Shown here: in pieces, positions 38,930 through 52,390 of the stretch
Layout of the letters: each line of letters opens with the position of its first letter
Numbering within the stretch: the first letter of the stretch is position 1
From: an uncultured Desulfosarcina sp.
GTDB lineage: Bacteria > Desulfobacterota > Desulfobacteria > Desulfobacterales > Desulfosarcinaceae
NCBI GenBank assembly: GCA_963674945.2
Contig: CAXXWQ010000004.1
Span: forward strand, 2,720,001-2,784,000
Direction of reading: 5' to 3'
Length of the DNA stretch: 64,000 nucleotides
The notes under the pieces: generated by a model
The model's database searches: none
Told to the model about the DNA's origin: nothing
Seen by the model: the letters and a program-made list of their open reading frames with translations, nothing else
Position numbers and translations under genes: made by a program

Positions 38930-39715
38930 ATGGAAACCCATCGCCCCCTTCTGTACCGTGCCTGGAAACGGCTGATCATCGCATACCTGCTTTCCTTTGC
39001 CGTGAGCCTCATGATCGGAGCCCTGCTGGTGAAGATGGGGGGCGCCGAACCACAGGCTCTCTTCGAGGCCTCCACCAAGCGGCTCTCCTATGCCATGCCC
39101 GTCTTGGAAAAAGGGACGCGACTCGGTTTGGATCTGGGCGTTTTGCTGTTTGCCTGGAACACGGCCGGCGCCCTTGCCACCCTCTCCTTCATCTATACGG
39201 CCACCCTGTTCAACCCTTACCACAAGGACCTGGCCCCCCGGAAGGTAAGGCGGATATTCTGCGGGACGACACGGATGAAGCTCTTCAACTTTCTGCCCGA
39301 TTGCAGGAAAATCCAAGACGAGTCCTTGCGAAGGTTGTATGTCTGGGTAATGGTTCCATTGCTCGGCATGATTCTGCTGGGCGCTGAAAGCGGGCTGACC
39401 GCTGCCACCACCACGCATCTCTTCGGATCGTTTTGGGTGGCCCTCGTTGCCTTTTTGCCCCATGGCATCATCGAAATTCCCGCCATCTCACTTGCCGGCG
39501 CCGTCGCTTACTCTGCCCATTTACTGATCGCAAGGCCGGCCCGGAGCAATCGGATTGGCCCGGTGTTTCAAACGATCGTTGCTCACCGCAATGCCATGCC
39601 CATGAAAACCATCGTCATGTCGGTGGTCGCATGCTTGCTGGTGGCCGGATGGGTGGAAGCCCATGTCACCCGGCAAATCGTGGAAAATCTCATAGGATCC
39701 GGAATGGGAAGTTAG
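38930..39715 (+). CDS. SpoIIM/DUF95-family membrane protein
   Basis: Multiple TM helices; LPHGIIEIPA; AGWVEAHVT. Confidence 0.82.
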   Translation: METHRPLLYRAWKRLIIAYLLSFAVSLMIGALLVKMGGAEPQALFEASTKRLSYAMPVLEKGTRLGLDLGVLLFAWNTAGALATLSFIYTATLFNPYHKDLAPRKVRRIFCGTTRMKLFNFLPDCRKIQDESLRRLYVWVMVPLLGMILLGAESGLTAATTTHLFGSFWVALVAFLPHGIIEIPAISLAGAVAYSAHLLIARPARSNRIGPVFQTIVAHRNAMPMKTIVMSVVACLLVAGWVEAHVTRQIVENLIGSGMGS

Positions 39716-39764
39716 CGGCCTTGCCGATCGTCCCCCTTTCCGGCCAAATCGGATCTGCTTGATG

Positions 39765-40109
39765 TCATTGATTGTATTTCTCAATCACTTTTTCGGTGTC
39801 GGGCCGAATAAACAACGCACCGTTCACATCTACAACGGGTATGCTGTAACGTCTCGTTTCCAGACCGGCCGCTGACATCCGCCGATGCAATTCGTCATTG
39901 GATTCTTCCTTTTCGAGATCCTTAAAAAGGAACGGAATTTCTTTCTCCCTAAGTTCCCGTTTCATCTTTTGGCATAAGCCGCAGGCTGTTTTCCCGTAAA
40001 CGATTACGTAGGGTTCTTCGTACAACGGTTCAATCCCCGGTCTTACAACATCTTTCATTACAAAATAGCCGGCAATAACGATCACGCAAATGAGCAGTAA
40101 TTTTTTCAA
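39765..40109 (-). CDS. Membrane-anchored/exported glutaredoxin-like protein
   Basis: Signal anchor; YGKTACGLC; IPVVDVNG. Confidence 0.75.
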   Translation of the reverse strand: MKKLLLICVIVIAGYFVMKDVVRPGIEPLYEEPYVIVYGKTACGLCQKMKRELREKEIPFLFKDLEKEESNDELHRRMSAAGLETRRYSIPVVDVNGALFIRPDTEKVIEKYNQ

Positions 40110-40265
40110 ACGTTTCCCCCGTTTCTACAGGTTCGGTTATTCCACCCTATTTTCTGCAAAAGAGAAATTGAACAGTCTTGAAGAAATAGACACGGGGATG
40201 ATGGGGTCAGGTCCCCATGTTCAGCCTGCCTCGGCTTCACCGCGGCACCTGTGCAAGTACTGTCA

Positions 40266-41069
40266 TCACTCATCATCTCCGTAGATTTCACGGTAACAGT
40301 CTGGACATAGTCCGTGGGAGAATCGGGCCTCACTGTGCTCGCTGATGTATGTCTCGATCTCTACCCAAGAGGAAGAAACTGTCGGGTCATGCCCCTCAAG
40401 GCGAATCTTCTTGCAGAAAGAGCAGGTTGGGAGGATGCCGCGCAAGGTCTTGACCTCCAGCAACGCATTCTCCAACTCGCGATTTGCTCTCACGAGTTCC
40501 TCTTCTGCCTTCTTGATCTCTGAGACATCCTGAATGAGACCATATGACACGACGGGGTCGACACCAGCATATCTGACAAAGGAGTCCACCTTCAAGTGCC
40601 GCGACGCGCCATTCACCACCACACGATAGATTACGTTGATATGCTCTTTCTGGCTGTCTACCCCGCGAGAGATACTGGCAGCAATTCCGCTCCTGTCATC
40701 AGGATGCACAATAGCAAGCCACTCCTCCATGGATAACGACGGCCTGGTAATGCCAAGCAATTGCTGCGCACGCTGGTCAAAATCCACACTATCATTTGAG
40801 AACTGGTGCAACCACGTGCCGCAATTGGTTCCCTCTAACGTGGCTGACAGTCTCTCCTCGGTGCTGCCAAAATCTTGATAGTCCACAGCACGTACCTCCT
40901 GTGCCGAACGAATGCTTGCGTTGAGACGCGCGCGTCTTTTTGCGCGTCTCAACGCAAGCGGTTGCTGCAAATTCGTTATTGCGAAATTTTTCGCCCAGAG
41001 ATCGCGGAACGCCGGTAACCACTGTCCGTTCTTTGCAGGGACGGAATATTCGTGAAGCATCCAACACAA
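40266..41069 (-). CDS. PAS-domain protein with C-terminal Cys4 motif
   Basis: WLAIVHPDD PAS segment; LPTCSFCKKIR...SHGLCPDC; start uncertain. Confidence 0.7.
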   Translation of the reverse strand: MCWMLHEYSVPAKNGQWLPAFRDLWAKNFAITNLQQPLALRRAKRRARLNASIRSAQEVRAVDYQDFGSTEERLSATLEGTNCGTWLHQFSNDSVDFDQRAQQLLGITRPSLSMEEWLAIVHPDDRSGIAASISRGVDSQKEHINVIYRVVVNGASRHLKVDSFVRYAGVDPVVSYGLIQDVSEIKKAEEELVRANRELENALLEVKTLRGILPTCSFCKKIRLEGHDPTVSSSWVEIETYISEHSEARFSHGLCPDCYREIYGDDE

Positions 41070-41665
41070 ATCTCATCCCATCTTGGTCTCCGCAACTCCA
41101 TTTAAGAAAATTTCGGCGCTTCTAATTGACACTATAGTCAAAGCTCCTAAAAAAAGAAAGTAGTTTTCACATAAAGAACGAGCCAAGATTATTTGACCAG
41201 GAAAGACAGGAAATTCGTTTGCGGCACTATTTCAACGAACAGAACAAGCATATGTATCCTGGATCAGACGATACACCCTGTTTCATCACAAGCACCATTC
41301 CAAAGAGATGGAAAAAATTGAACAAGATTGTCGTTCGCAGGGGGGAATCGTGGGTGATGAAATTATGCGTTTTTGCCTAGGGGATAGAAATGAGCTATGC
41401 TTCCAATGGACGCCTCTGCGGTAATGCCTGCATATCGCGACGGCCATCGGCAATTCCCATAATATAAACATTTTCGGCCATGATCCGGAAGATGATGATG
41501 CAAACGCCCACATCCTCCATTGGTAGCAGAGGAAATGGGCGTTTTTCGTGACGGTTCAGAAATCCGCGCCCATGGATCTCAACCAAAGGTTCCTGTTTCT
41601 GGACGAACACTATCATGATCCGGTAACATTCAGCTGGACACGTGAGCAACGTATCCAACTGAACG

Positions 41666-44251
<2,586 letters not shown>

Positions 44252-44310
44252 GTCCTCCTTTACTTAACAATGGTCGCAAACACCATGTTGGTCTGTATTT
44301 TGCAGAAACA

Positions 44311-44338
44311 AATATAAACACCGGAAAGGGTATGTCAA
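44311..44338 (-). promoter_or_regulatory. Putative sigma70 promoter of clpB
   Basis: TTGACA-N16-TATATT on the minus strand. Confidence 0.5.
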
Positions 44339-44550
44339 ATGAAGGCAACGTATCGATATAAATCTTAATTTTCCAAATTCAAGCCCTGTTCCAACTTTAT
44401 GAAAACGAAGATGGCTCCTATTTTCTTGACGCAAAAGACCGGTTGTGCAAAAAATCTTCTTTGGCCGCAATGACGATATGACGGACAAATCACGTTGGCA
44501 CGGTCACGGAAAGGTCGCGTAAACAATCAATTGCATGGGATGGATGAGAA

Positions 44551-45447
44551 ATGTCCGGTTATGTTCCCGTTCGTATCGATCAGTTTGTCGAGCAATACCT
44601 GCGCAACAACAAGGACGCCGATGGTGATTCGGTTCGTGCCGCCGTGGAGGAGGCCATCGCCGCATGGCGCCAGGGCGTGCGGTGTGCCTGTGGAAAACCT
44701 CTTTGGGTAGCCGGATCGGCAGTCGCCGGCTATGGGTGTTTTTCCTGTATCACCGGATCACCCGAACCGGAAGGTGACCCTGAGATCGACGTGGTATGTG
44801 ACGACTTCGCCTACGACATCATGGACCAGCAAATGCGATTCGAGCAGGTTACCGAGATCATGAAAAATCATCCCGGTGACTACCGGGAACGTTTGGAAGC
44901 CATCGGCTTTGTCTGGCAGGATGAAGAATACGACCTGTTATTCGAAGAAGAGCGCCAGGAAGAGCAAAAAGCCATGCCCCGATCGGAAAATGAGATCCGG
45001 CTGATCCATTTTTTCGAACACGGTGGCCACGTAACCCGATCCATTCTCGATGCCTACCTGGCGGAACGGTATTCGGAAACCGCAAACGTTCCGCTGATCC
45101 GAAAATATTTCAAGCAGGCCAATCCAAACCTGAAAGCGATCTTGCTCAAGGGCCTGGCAGCGAACCCGACCGACCTGGACCTTCTTGACGATCTCTCCTA
45201 CTTCAGCGAGTTCGACAGCATTTTAGGGGAGCTGATCCGCCATTACACCGACGCCTGCCGCCTGGAGACGGACATGGAAAAGTTTTCCATGCTGGCCCAG
45301 GATTTTCATTTGAATACCCACGACCAGGGTTACGACGCCCTTTACGAATTGTCCTCCATTTTCCAATCGGGCACCAAGGGTGCAGTGGTCCAGCATCTGT
45401 GTGATAGCATTGAGGACGCCCATGGGGAGGAGGGCTCTTTCCTATAA
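44551..45447 (+). CDS. Hypothetical protein with N-terminal Cys4 motif
   Basis: 298-aa ORF; CACG...CFSC; acidic helical remainder. Confidence 0.7.
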   Translation: MSGYVPVRIDQFVEQYLRNNKDADGDSVRAAVEEAIAAWRQGVRCACGKPLWVAGSAVAGYGCFSCITGSPEPEGDPEIDVVCDDFAYDIMDQQMRFEQVTEIMKNHPGDYRERLEAIGFVWQDEEYDLLFEEERQEEQKAMPRSENEIRLIHFFEHGGHVTRSILDAYLAERYSETANVPLIRKYFKQANPNLKAILLKGLAANPTDLDLLDDLSYFSEFDSILGELIRHYTDACRLETDMEKFSMLAQDFHLNTHDQGYDALYELSSIFQSGTKGAVVQHLCDSIEDAHGEEGSFL

Positions 45448-45681
45448 GCGGGGGAACCAGCCTTTCGTTCGATACCGAAGAGGATTTGGCTGCCATCGCC
45501 GGAAAACTTCCGGTGCATACGCGCATCGGGGCCAACGCAGCCGTGTTTGCCGGTAATCCCGATTTTGCAAGGCGGCCGTCATCCATGACGTGGCCAAGGA
45601 TGTGGCCGCATTCTTGCGCCTCACAACGGATACGACCGATTGAAGGAAAAGGGTGATGCCTTCATCCAAAACGGAAATCTC

Positions 45682-47652
45682 ATGAAACACCGTATCTTTC
45701 AGAAACCGACGGAACTGGCAATTTCCTTCAAGATCCTCATACCAAGTGGCATCGTGTTCTTATTGTTCGTCTATTTCTCCTTTTTTGTTATGCTCCCTTT
45801 CGTGGAAAAACACCTTATGAAGCAGCAGCGGCAGATGCTGATCAGCACGACAACCGGTATCATCAGTTTGTTGGATTATCTGAATGCCAACGTCCAAACC
45901 GGAAAAATGCCCGAAAAAGAGGCGAAACGCAGGGCATTGGCTGCCATCCGCAATCTTCGATACGGTCCAAACGGTGAGAATTATTTTTGGATTGGCGAAA
46001 TTACCGGTGCCGTTCTCTTTGAACCCGGTCAACCCGACCTGGCCGGCACATTCCTATTGGAATGCAACGAAGGGAAAGCATGCCGGTTTTATTCCGACGC
46101 GTTGACCATCGCGCAAGGATCGGGTGCGGGTTTCATCGAGCACAAATGGCCGTCGAAAGGTGATCCGTCCCGTATCGTCGATAAGCTTTCCTACGTCAGA
46201 TTGTACGAACCCTGGGAATGGATTGTAGGGACGGGCCTTTACATGGCCGATGTCAAATCCGAAATCGCCTTTTTGACAAGAAAATTGCTTTGGTTGCTGA
46301 TCGGTGTGATGGTGGTGTCCCTGGTCTTCTGCTTTTACGTCTATCAGCAGGCGCTGACTGTGGAGATAAAACGCCAGAGGGCAGAGAAGATCAATCAGAG
46401 TCTCATAGATATCTCTAATGCGGTCAATACTACCTTTGATCTCGAAACATTGTATGGCACCATTCATCACAGCCTTCAAAATATCAACGACATGAAAAAT
46501 TTCTTTGTGGCCATCTACGAAGAAGAGAAAGACCTTATCGCCTTTGCGTACCGTCAGGACGAACTGGACAATGACCTTCCGACCATCGAAGCGGTTCATC
46601 GGTCAGGATCGCCTTTCGCCCGTGTAATCGTCACCCAGGCACCGGTTTTTGCCACGCGCAAACAAATTCTCGAATGGGAAAGCCGTTACGGCACCCGATC
46701 CAAGCACATACCCATGGCATCGTTTCTCGGTGTCCCGCTACAGATGAAAGACAAAATGATCGGCGTGATGGCTGCAGCAGACTATTTTCGTGATGATCAA
46801 TTCGATGAAACGGATCTGAATGTTTTTCTCTCCGTTTCCGACCAGTTGGCAGTCGCCATCGAACGAAAACAGGACGAGTTGGATTTAAGAAGAAAATATG
46901 AACAAACCGAATGTATCCTGCGGGAAAGCGAAGAGAGATTGCTCCAGAGTGAGCGACTTGCGGCGACCGGTCAACTGGCGGCGTTTATTGCCCATGAAAT
47001 CAACTCTCCCTTGCAGGGTGTCACCTCCCTGCTGAATGTCATCCGGAGAGAATACGGAAATGACGCGAATCTCGTGGCGCATTTGAATCTTATCAAAGGC
47101 GCTTTCAACAGCATTCGAAGGACGGTGAAAAACCTTCTGGATCTCAATCGTCCTGGAAAGGAGAAATACCAGCCCATCCACCTCCAGGAAATCCTCAGAT
47201 CAACCGGTGCATTGGTGAGAAGCTTTCTAAAGGATCATGGGGTACGGTTGAACCTGGAGCTGGCGCCTGATTTGCCCATGATCATGGGATCACCCCAGCA
47301 ACTGAGCCAGGTGTTCATGAACCTGATCAACAACGCCGTTGAGTCCATGAACATGAATCCGGAAAACATCGAACGACGCATCACCATTCATGCCGAATCG
47401 GACGAAGATCGTTTGACCATTCACGTTGAGGACACCGGCCCTGGTATACCGAAGGAAGACATGCCCCGGATATTCGACGCATTCTTCACCAAAAAGAGAA
47501 GAATGGGTATGGGTGTGGGGCTGTTCATTTGCCATCGAATCCTCGAGGGACACAATGGCACCATCTGGGTGGAAAACCAGACGGACCGGGGCGCACGATT
47601 TACCATTCGACTTCCCATACGCCATCGCGGCGATATCCGAAAAAGGGGGTGA
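45682..47652 (+). CDS. Cache-GAF sensor histidine kinase
   Basis: TM-Cache (KLSYVRLYEPWEWIVGTG)-TM, GAF, AHEINSPL, NLINNA, GMGVGL. Confidence 0.9.
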   Translation: MKHRIFQKPTELAISFKILIPSGIVFLLFVYFSFFVMLPFVEKHLMKQQRQMLISTTTGIISLLDYLNANVQTGKMPEKEAKRRALAAIRNLRYGPNGENYFWIGEITGAVLFEPGQPDLAGTFLLECNEGKACRFYSDALTIAQGSGAGFIEHKWPSKGDPSRIVDKLSYVRLYEPWEWIVGTGLYMADVKSEIAFLTRKLLWLLIGVMVVSLVFCFYVYQQALTVEIKRQRAEKINQSLIDISNAVNTTFDLETLYGTIHHSLQNINDMKNFFVAIYEEEKDLIAFAYRQDELDNDLPTIEAVHRSGSPFARVIVTQAPVFATRKQILEWESRYGTRSKHIPMASFLGVPLQMKDKMIGVMAAADYFRDDQFDETDLNVFLSVSDQLAVAIERKQDELDLRRKYEQTECILRESEERLLQSERLAATGQLAAFIAHEINSPLQGVTSLLNVIRREYGNDANLVAHLNLIKGAFNSIRRTVKNLLDLNRPGKEKYQPIHLQEILRSTGALVRSFLKDHGVRLNLELAPDLPMIMGSPQQLSQVFMNLINNAVESMNMNPENIERRITIHAESDEDRLTIHVEDTGPGIPKEDMPRIFDAFFTKKRRMGMGVGLFICHRILEGHNGTIWVENQTDRGARFTIRLPIRHRGDIRKRG

Positions 47653-47654
47653 AG

Positions 47655-48458
47655 ATGCGATACGGAGCCATGAATTTTCCGGTAACGCCGGTATTGGAAG
47701 AAATCGAAACCTTTTCCCGCCTGGGATTCGATTACCTGGAACTGACCATGGACCCGCCCATGGCCCATCACACAAAGCTGTCCGCGATTCGGGAAAAGAT
47801 CATCCAGGCGCTGGCGGAAAACAACATGGGCATTGTCTGTCACCTGCCCACCTTCGTGACCACGGCGGATCTTACCGAAAGCCTCCGGCAGGCATCGGTG
47901 AATGAGATGCGACGATCATTGGATGTGGCCGCATCCTTGGGGGCGAAAAAGATCGTTTTTCACCCCAGCATGGTCACCGGCATGGGGGCCTTTGTCATGG
48001 ATACGGTGCGAAAGCACGCGTTTGACTTTATTTGCGAGATGGCCGACGCGGCAAAGCGGCTGAATGTGACGTTGTGCCTGGAAAACATGTTCCCCCGTTG
48101 TCGATTGGGGGTGGAGCCCGATGATCTCGCACAAATCTTCAATGTCGTTCCTGCACTGAAGCTGACCTTGGATACGGGTCATGCCAACATCGGCGATCGA
48201 CGCGGACGACGTTTACGGGAGATGGTGTCACGATTCGGAAAAAGAATCGGCCATCTTCATTTCAGCGACAATCAGGGATCGGTGGACGACCATTTGGCCG
48301 TGGGCCAGGGAACGGTAAACTTCTCATGGCTGACAGGACAGTTGTCGGCCCTTGGATATGACGATACCATCACCTTGGAAGTCTTCGATGAAAACCGGTC
48401 CATGCTGGTCGAAAGCCGCAAGCGCATTGAACGGATGATCATCGGGGCTCGGCGCTAA
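47655..48458 (+). CDS. Sugar phosphate isomerase/epimerase (AP endonuclease 2 TIM barrel)
   Basis: LENM, LDTGHA, HLHFSDN..DDHL, LEVF. Confidence 0.87.
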   Translation: MRYGAMNFPVTPVLEEIETFSRLGFDYLELTMDPPMAHHTKLSAIREKIIQALAENNMGIVCHLPTFVTTADLTESLRQASVNEMRRSLDVAASLGAKKIVFHPSMVTGMGAFVMDTVRKHAFDFICEMADAAKRLNVTLCLENMFPRCRLGVEPDDLAQIFNVVPALKLTLDTGHANIGDRRGRRLREMVSRFGKRIGHLHFSDNQGSVDDHLAVGQGTVNFSWLTGQLSALGYDDTITLEVFDENRSMLVESRKRIERMIIGARR

Positions 48459-48559
48459 TTTCCTTCCTCTCGTTTCTCCACGGTCCCATGGGGGAATTTT
48501 CTTATTGGAAGATTGATGATCTCGCAAAAAGTCGCTTTGTTCGGACGGATTCGTAAAAA

Positions 48560-49474
48560 TCAGATCGGGGTATTTCTCCGCAGGATGGATACAATACGAT
48601 CCAGGTTCTCCGCTGCCTTTTCTCTAGGGAATCGACATGCCCCGGCCCCTGGATGGCCGCCTCCCCCGAAATCGGCAAGCATCTTTCCCACGTTTACCTC
48701 ACACCCGCGGTTTAGTATGCTGTGCCCCACCTTTATGCTGGCCAGATTGTCTTTGTCATAAATGATTTTCACGTTCACCGTGCAGTCGGGGAAAAGGGAG
48801 TAGATTAAAAACCGGTTTCCGTTGGGTGCGGGATCCAGTCCCCTGAAATCGGTAATGGAGACATGGTCGACCATTGTTGTGTGGGATATCAATGCTTTCT
48901 CATAGGCGGTGTTGGTGGATATTACCTGCCGACACCGCTTTCGCACATCCCCGTCCTTCATCACCTCATCCATGGAATGCGTGCGCAGAAGGTGCACCAG
49001 ATGATCCCAATAGCTGTTTTCCCGTGGATCCTGGTTTGTGATGGTCATGGAGAGGAGAACGAACGGATATTTTTCCGGGTGAAGGATTTCGTCCAGCGTC
49101 AGGTCCGCCGAATCGATCCGATCGGTTTGACGAACCAATTCTTCGTAATCCCGATCCAGCCTCGACCTGTAATGCTCGTAGACGATACCGGCGGCAGACG
49201 GTGCGATCTTGAAGACACCGTCTACGGATTGTTCGCGTTGGTTGGAATAGTGGTGGTCGAACCACAGGCAGCAATTTTCATGAAACGGCAAATTGGCGAT
49301 GATGTCACCGGCCTGTATCGATACGTTCCCATGCTGGATCTCACTGGGTTGTGTCCAAAGTATCGGTGGGTCGATGTTCAGTGCATCCATGAGCAAAACA
49401 GCACACACCACACCGTCAAAGTCGGGACGTGTAACCACTCTCTTCGGATTTTGTCCTGTCACTGTTGACCCCAT
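48560..49474 (-). CDS. DHH-family phosphoesterase (exopolyphosphatase-like)
   Basis: RPDFDG, WFDHH, GGGGHPGAGAC. Confidence 0.85.
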   Translation of the reverse strand: MGSTVTGQNPKRVVTRPDFDGVVCAVLLMDALNIDPPILWTQPSEIQHGNVSIQAGDIIANLPFHENCCLWFDHHYSNQREQSVDGVFKIAPSAAGIVYEHYRSRLDRDYEELVRQTDRIDSADLTLDEILHPEKYPFVLLSMTITNQDPRENSYWDHLVHLLRTHSMDEVMKDGDVRKRCRQVISTNTAYEKALISHTTMVDHVSITDFRGLDPAPNGNRFLIYSLFPDCTVNVKIIYDKDNLASIKVGHSILNRGCEVNVGKMLADFGGGGHPGAGACRFPREKAAENLDRIVSILRRNTPI

Positions 49475-49539
49475 CCATTCGTTTTCGCCTGTCTCATCGA
49501 TACCAGCAAATGCCAACAACCGCAATAGCGGGCATGCCG

Positions 49540-50439
49540 CTATGATTTTTTCCGGCGCCTGCGGGGAAGGTTGGTCAGAAAAACCGCCGACAGCACGAGC
49601 AGTCCGCCACCGGCCTGAACAACGGTGAGTCTTTCGGCAAGCAGCACCCATGCACCGATGGCCGTAACCACAGGTATGCCGTTGATAAATACGGAGGCCC
49701 GAGACGCAGGCACCTGGGTCAGGGCGAAATTGTAACACAAAAAGGCCCCCACGGTGGCAAATGCCGTCAGATAGACCAGCGCCAGGACCGATCGGCCGGT
49801 GATGACCGACCAGGACAGCGACGGCAACTCCAATAAAAACGGCAGTCCAAATATCAGGGCGCCGTAAACGATCTGCGTGAATGTGATTTCAAGGGCCGAG
49901 TATCGAAGTCCCAGGTCACGGGCCAGGATGATATACGAGGACCCCGCAAGAACGGCACCGCCGATCAACAGGTCCCCCAACAAGGATCCTTTCAGCGCCC
50001 AGCGAAAGTTTGGATCACCGACGACGAGCAGGAGGATGCCGAAGAAAGAGATGAGGATGCCGACGATGCGAACGCCACTGGTTTTCTCTTTCAACACCAC
50101 AATACTCAAAAGCAGGACGATCAGGGGAATGGTGGCGATGATCAAGGAGGTCTTCGCCGCGCTGGTGTATTGGAGGCCGATGGTCTCGAAAAGAAAGTAG
50201 AGCCCCGGTTCGAAAATGGCCAGCAGCGCCATCTTCACTTTATCCCGGCCTTGGAAGTCGGGCCATTTTCGCCCCTGCCGCAAAAAGAGAAAAATCAGCG
50301 CCGCCAAAAAAAAGCGGACAAAGACCAGGGTGAACGTGGGGATGCTTTCCAGGGCCACCTTGGTGGCGACGAAGGAGAGTCCCCAGAACACCACGGTAGC
50401 CACAAGAGCGGTATAGGTTTTGATCATGCCAGCGGCCAT
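49540..50439 (-). CDS. DMT/EamA family transporter
   Basis: About 10 TM helices in two EamA repeats (FWGLSFVATK). Confidence 0.9.
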   Translation of the reverse strand: MAAGMIKTYTALVATVVFWGLSFVATKVALESIPTFTLVFVRFFLAALIFLFLRQGRKWPDFQGRDKVKMALLAIFEPGLYFLFETIGLQYTSAAKTSLIIATIPLIVLLLSIVVLKEKTSGVRIVGILISFFGILLLVVGDPNFRWALKGSLLGDLLIGGAVLAGSSYIILARDLGLRYSALEITFTQIVYGALIFGLPFLLELPSLSWSVITGRSVLALVYLTAFATVGAFLCYNFALTQVPASRASVFINGIPVVTAIGAWVLLAERLTVVQAGGGLLVLSAVFLTNLPRRRRKKS

Positions 50440-50569
50440 GGTGCCTGCCTTTAATTACGCAACGTACGGGATTCGGTCTTTAGCGGACAGAATAATTGGG
50501 ATCTGTCGTGTCCACCAGAAATGGTAGGTCATGGCTCAGGCCAAGGACGCAGTGACGTTGATGACTTTG

Positions 50570-50694
50570 GATGGATTCGTAAAAGATCCGAGATCAAGGA
50601 TTGCGAGCCCCGAGGAGTGAGTCGTACACAAAAGTACGTCGCAGCGACGAGGGGCGAAGCGTAACGCAGATATCGGGGCTTTTACGAATCCGTC
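50570..50694. repeat. MITE-like repeat family A, copy 2
   Basis: GATGGATTCGTAAAAG ... CTTTTACGAATCCGTC; internal GAGATCAAGG and GCGTAACGCAGATATCG. Confidence 0.85.
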
Positions 50695-51510
50695 CTATAC
50701 AACGCCGTCGGGCATTGGCGCTATCCTATCCCCTCCCAAAACATAGCCGCCGTCCAGGCGAATCACGCTTCCGGTCATAAAGGGGGCGTCTGCCAATAGA
50801 TAGCGAACGGCCCGAATTACATCATCCATCCGGCCGATCCGGTTCATGAGAGTGTGATCAACGATGGCCTGACGCTGATCTCCGGTCAACAGCCCCCACC
50901 CCCGGGTGGATGGCCCGTGGCGGGTTTCAAAAACGCCCAACATCAATTCATTCACCCGCACCGATGGTGCCCCGAGGCGGGCCCAAGTCTCTGTAAGCAA
51001 CGAAATACCACGATTGGCCGCGGCGTACCCTTCGTTGAAAAGATAGCTGGCCGGACCGCTGCGCCCCACGATGCCTGCGATGGAAGAGATGTTGACGACG
51101 GCGCCGTCTCCGGAATCCTTCAGGTGTGGCAGCGCCGCATCGAAGACCCACTGCTTTGCACGCAACGTGGTGGCCAGTTCAAGATCCCACTGCTCCTGGG
51201 TGTATCGGCCATGAACCACCGGCCACCCGCCCCGTTCGATGTTGTTGATCAAAAAGTCCAACCGGCCGAATCGGTCCACGACGCCCGCCACCCAATGTCC
51301 GATGGCATCGGTATCGGTAAGATCGACCCTCTCGATCCAATGATCCGTGCCCGTTACGGCAAATCCGGTTTTCATGGCGGACAGACGCTCGGGCCAATCA
51401 TGCCAGCTGCACGCCACACGGATGCCCTGATGCAAAAGGTCCAAAGCGATGGCGTAACCGATTCCACTGATGGCGCCCAGCACCACTGCGACTTTTTCGT
51501 TTTTGCTCAT
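50695..51510 (-). CDS. Short-chain dehydrogenase/reductase
   Basis: LGAISGIG, NISS, YAAAN (YxxxK variant), MTGSVIRLDGG. Confidence 0.85.
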   Translation of the reverse strand: MSKNEKVAVVLGAISGIGYAIALDLLHQGIRVACSWHDWPERLSAMKTGFAVTGTDHWIERVDLTDTDAIGHWVAGVVDRFGRLDFLINNIERGGWPVVHGRYTQEQWDLELATTLRAKQWVFDAALPHLKDSGDGAVVNISSIAGIVGRSGPASYLFNEGYAAANRGISLLTETWARLGAPSVRVNELMLGVFETRHGPSTRGWGLLTGDQRQAIVDHTLMNRIGRMDDVIRAVRYLLADAPFMTGSVIRLDGGYVLGGDRIAPMPDGVV

Positions 51511-51559
51511 TTGTAATGATACCGTCACGTTTGATGACTTTCTTAAAATTCGGATTTCA

Positions 51560-51684
51560 GACGGATTCCTAAGAAGTTCGAGATCAAGGATTGCGAGTCC
51601 TTAAGGTAATGAGGCGTATATAAAGTACGCCGCAGTGACGAGGGATGAAGCGTAACGCCGATATCGTACTTTTACGGAGCCGTC
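51560..51684. repeat. MITE-like repeat family A, copy 3
   Basis: GACGGATTCCTAAGAAG ... CTTTTACGGAGCCGTC; same orientation as copy 2. Confidence 0.85.
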
Positions 51685-52390
51685 ACGTTTTCGAAAAGAT
51701 GGTTTCCTTGACCCACTCCATGGCCGCCGCCAACAGATCCGAATCGGCCAACGAATCCTTTGAAAAGGGCAAAGATACCTTTCCCTCGATCCAATCTACG
51801 CGAAATCGGTCAAGGTCATACAGCGCCCGGTACACCCGTTCGCTCTCCGCTGGAACCAAAGGGTGCGGATGGCACCGATTCTTCATGGCAATCAGCGATA
51901 ACATCTTGTCGTTCATTTGGTTGTGCATCGTAAGTTGCTGGTCGGCCATCCATTGAACCGGAGTCTGCGAACGTCGGCTGCTAAATCCCTGGCAATGGGA
52001 TTCGTGGATCAACGCGAATTGTTCAGTTAACATACCGGTGGACCGGTTTCGGGTAACCCCCCGTGCAAGTGGGTACATACGGCAGGAGGCGGGACGGACG
52101 GGGTAGACCCGGCAACCGGCCTTCGTAACAAAGGGGCAGGTCCTGTCCTTGCCATCGCCAAAGCGCAGCGACACCACCGGCAACCCCGAGCCGGGACCGA
52201 TGCTCTCTACTGTGTAGGTGTCGAGAAATTCATGGGAAGGGATTTTCAAGAAATCTTTCAGGCAAAGAACATCAAAGGGGGCCAACGCCTGGTTCAGATC
52301 CCTGCAGCAGGCGTTGAAGCATGACACATCAGGGCTGCAGGAGAAAAAAAATTCCTGATCTTTTTCAATATGTGAGAACCAGTTTTCCAT
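51683..52390 (-). CDS. YkgJ family Cys-cluster protein
   Basis: C..SCFNACC, CPF..GCRVY..RPASCRMYP, HCQG. Confidence 0.88.
   Translation of the reverse strand: MENWFSHIEKDQEFFFSCSPDVSCFNACCRDLNQALAPFDVLCLKDFLKIPSHEFLDTYTVESIGPGSGLPVVSLRFGDGKDRTCPFVTKAGCRVYPVRPASCRMYPLARGVTRNRSTGMLTEQFALIHESHCQGFSSRRSQTPVQWMADQQLTMHNQMNDKMLSLIAMKNRCHPHPLVPAESERVYRALYDLDRFRVDWIEGKVSLPFSKDSLADSDLLAAAMEWVKETIFSKT

Noticed and set aside
40198..40222. ATGGGGTCAGGTCCCCAT hairpin resembling RAYT/REP ends
   Set aside because: Single short copy, no transposase nearby
41390..41665. Protein-like plus-strand frame with internal TAG after clpB
   Set aside because: No recognisable family; cannot support a pseudogene or readthrough call
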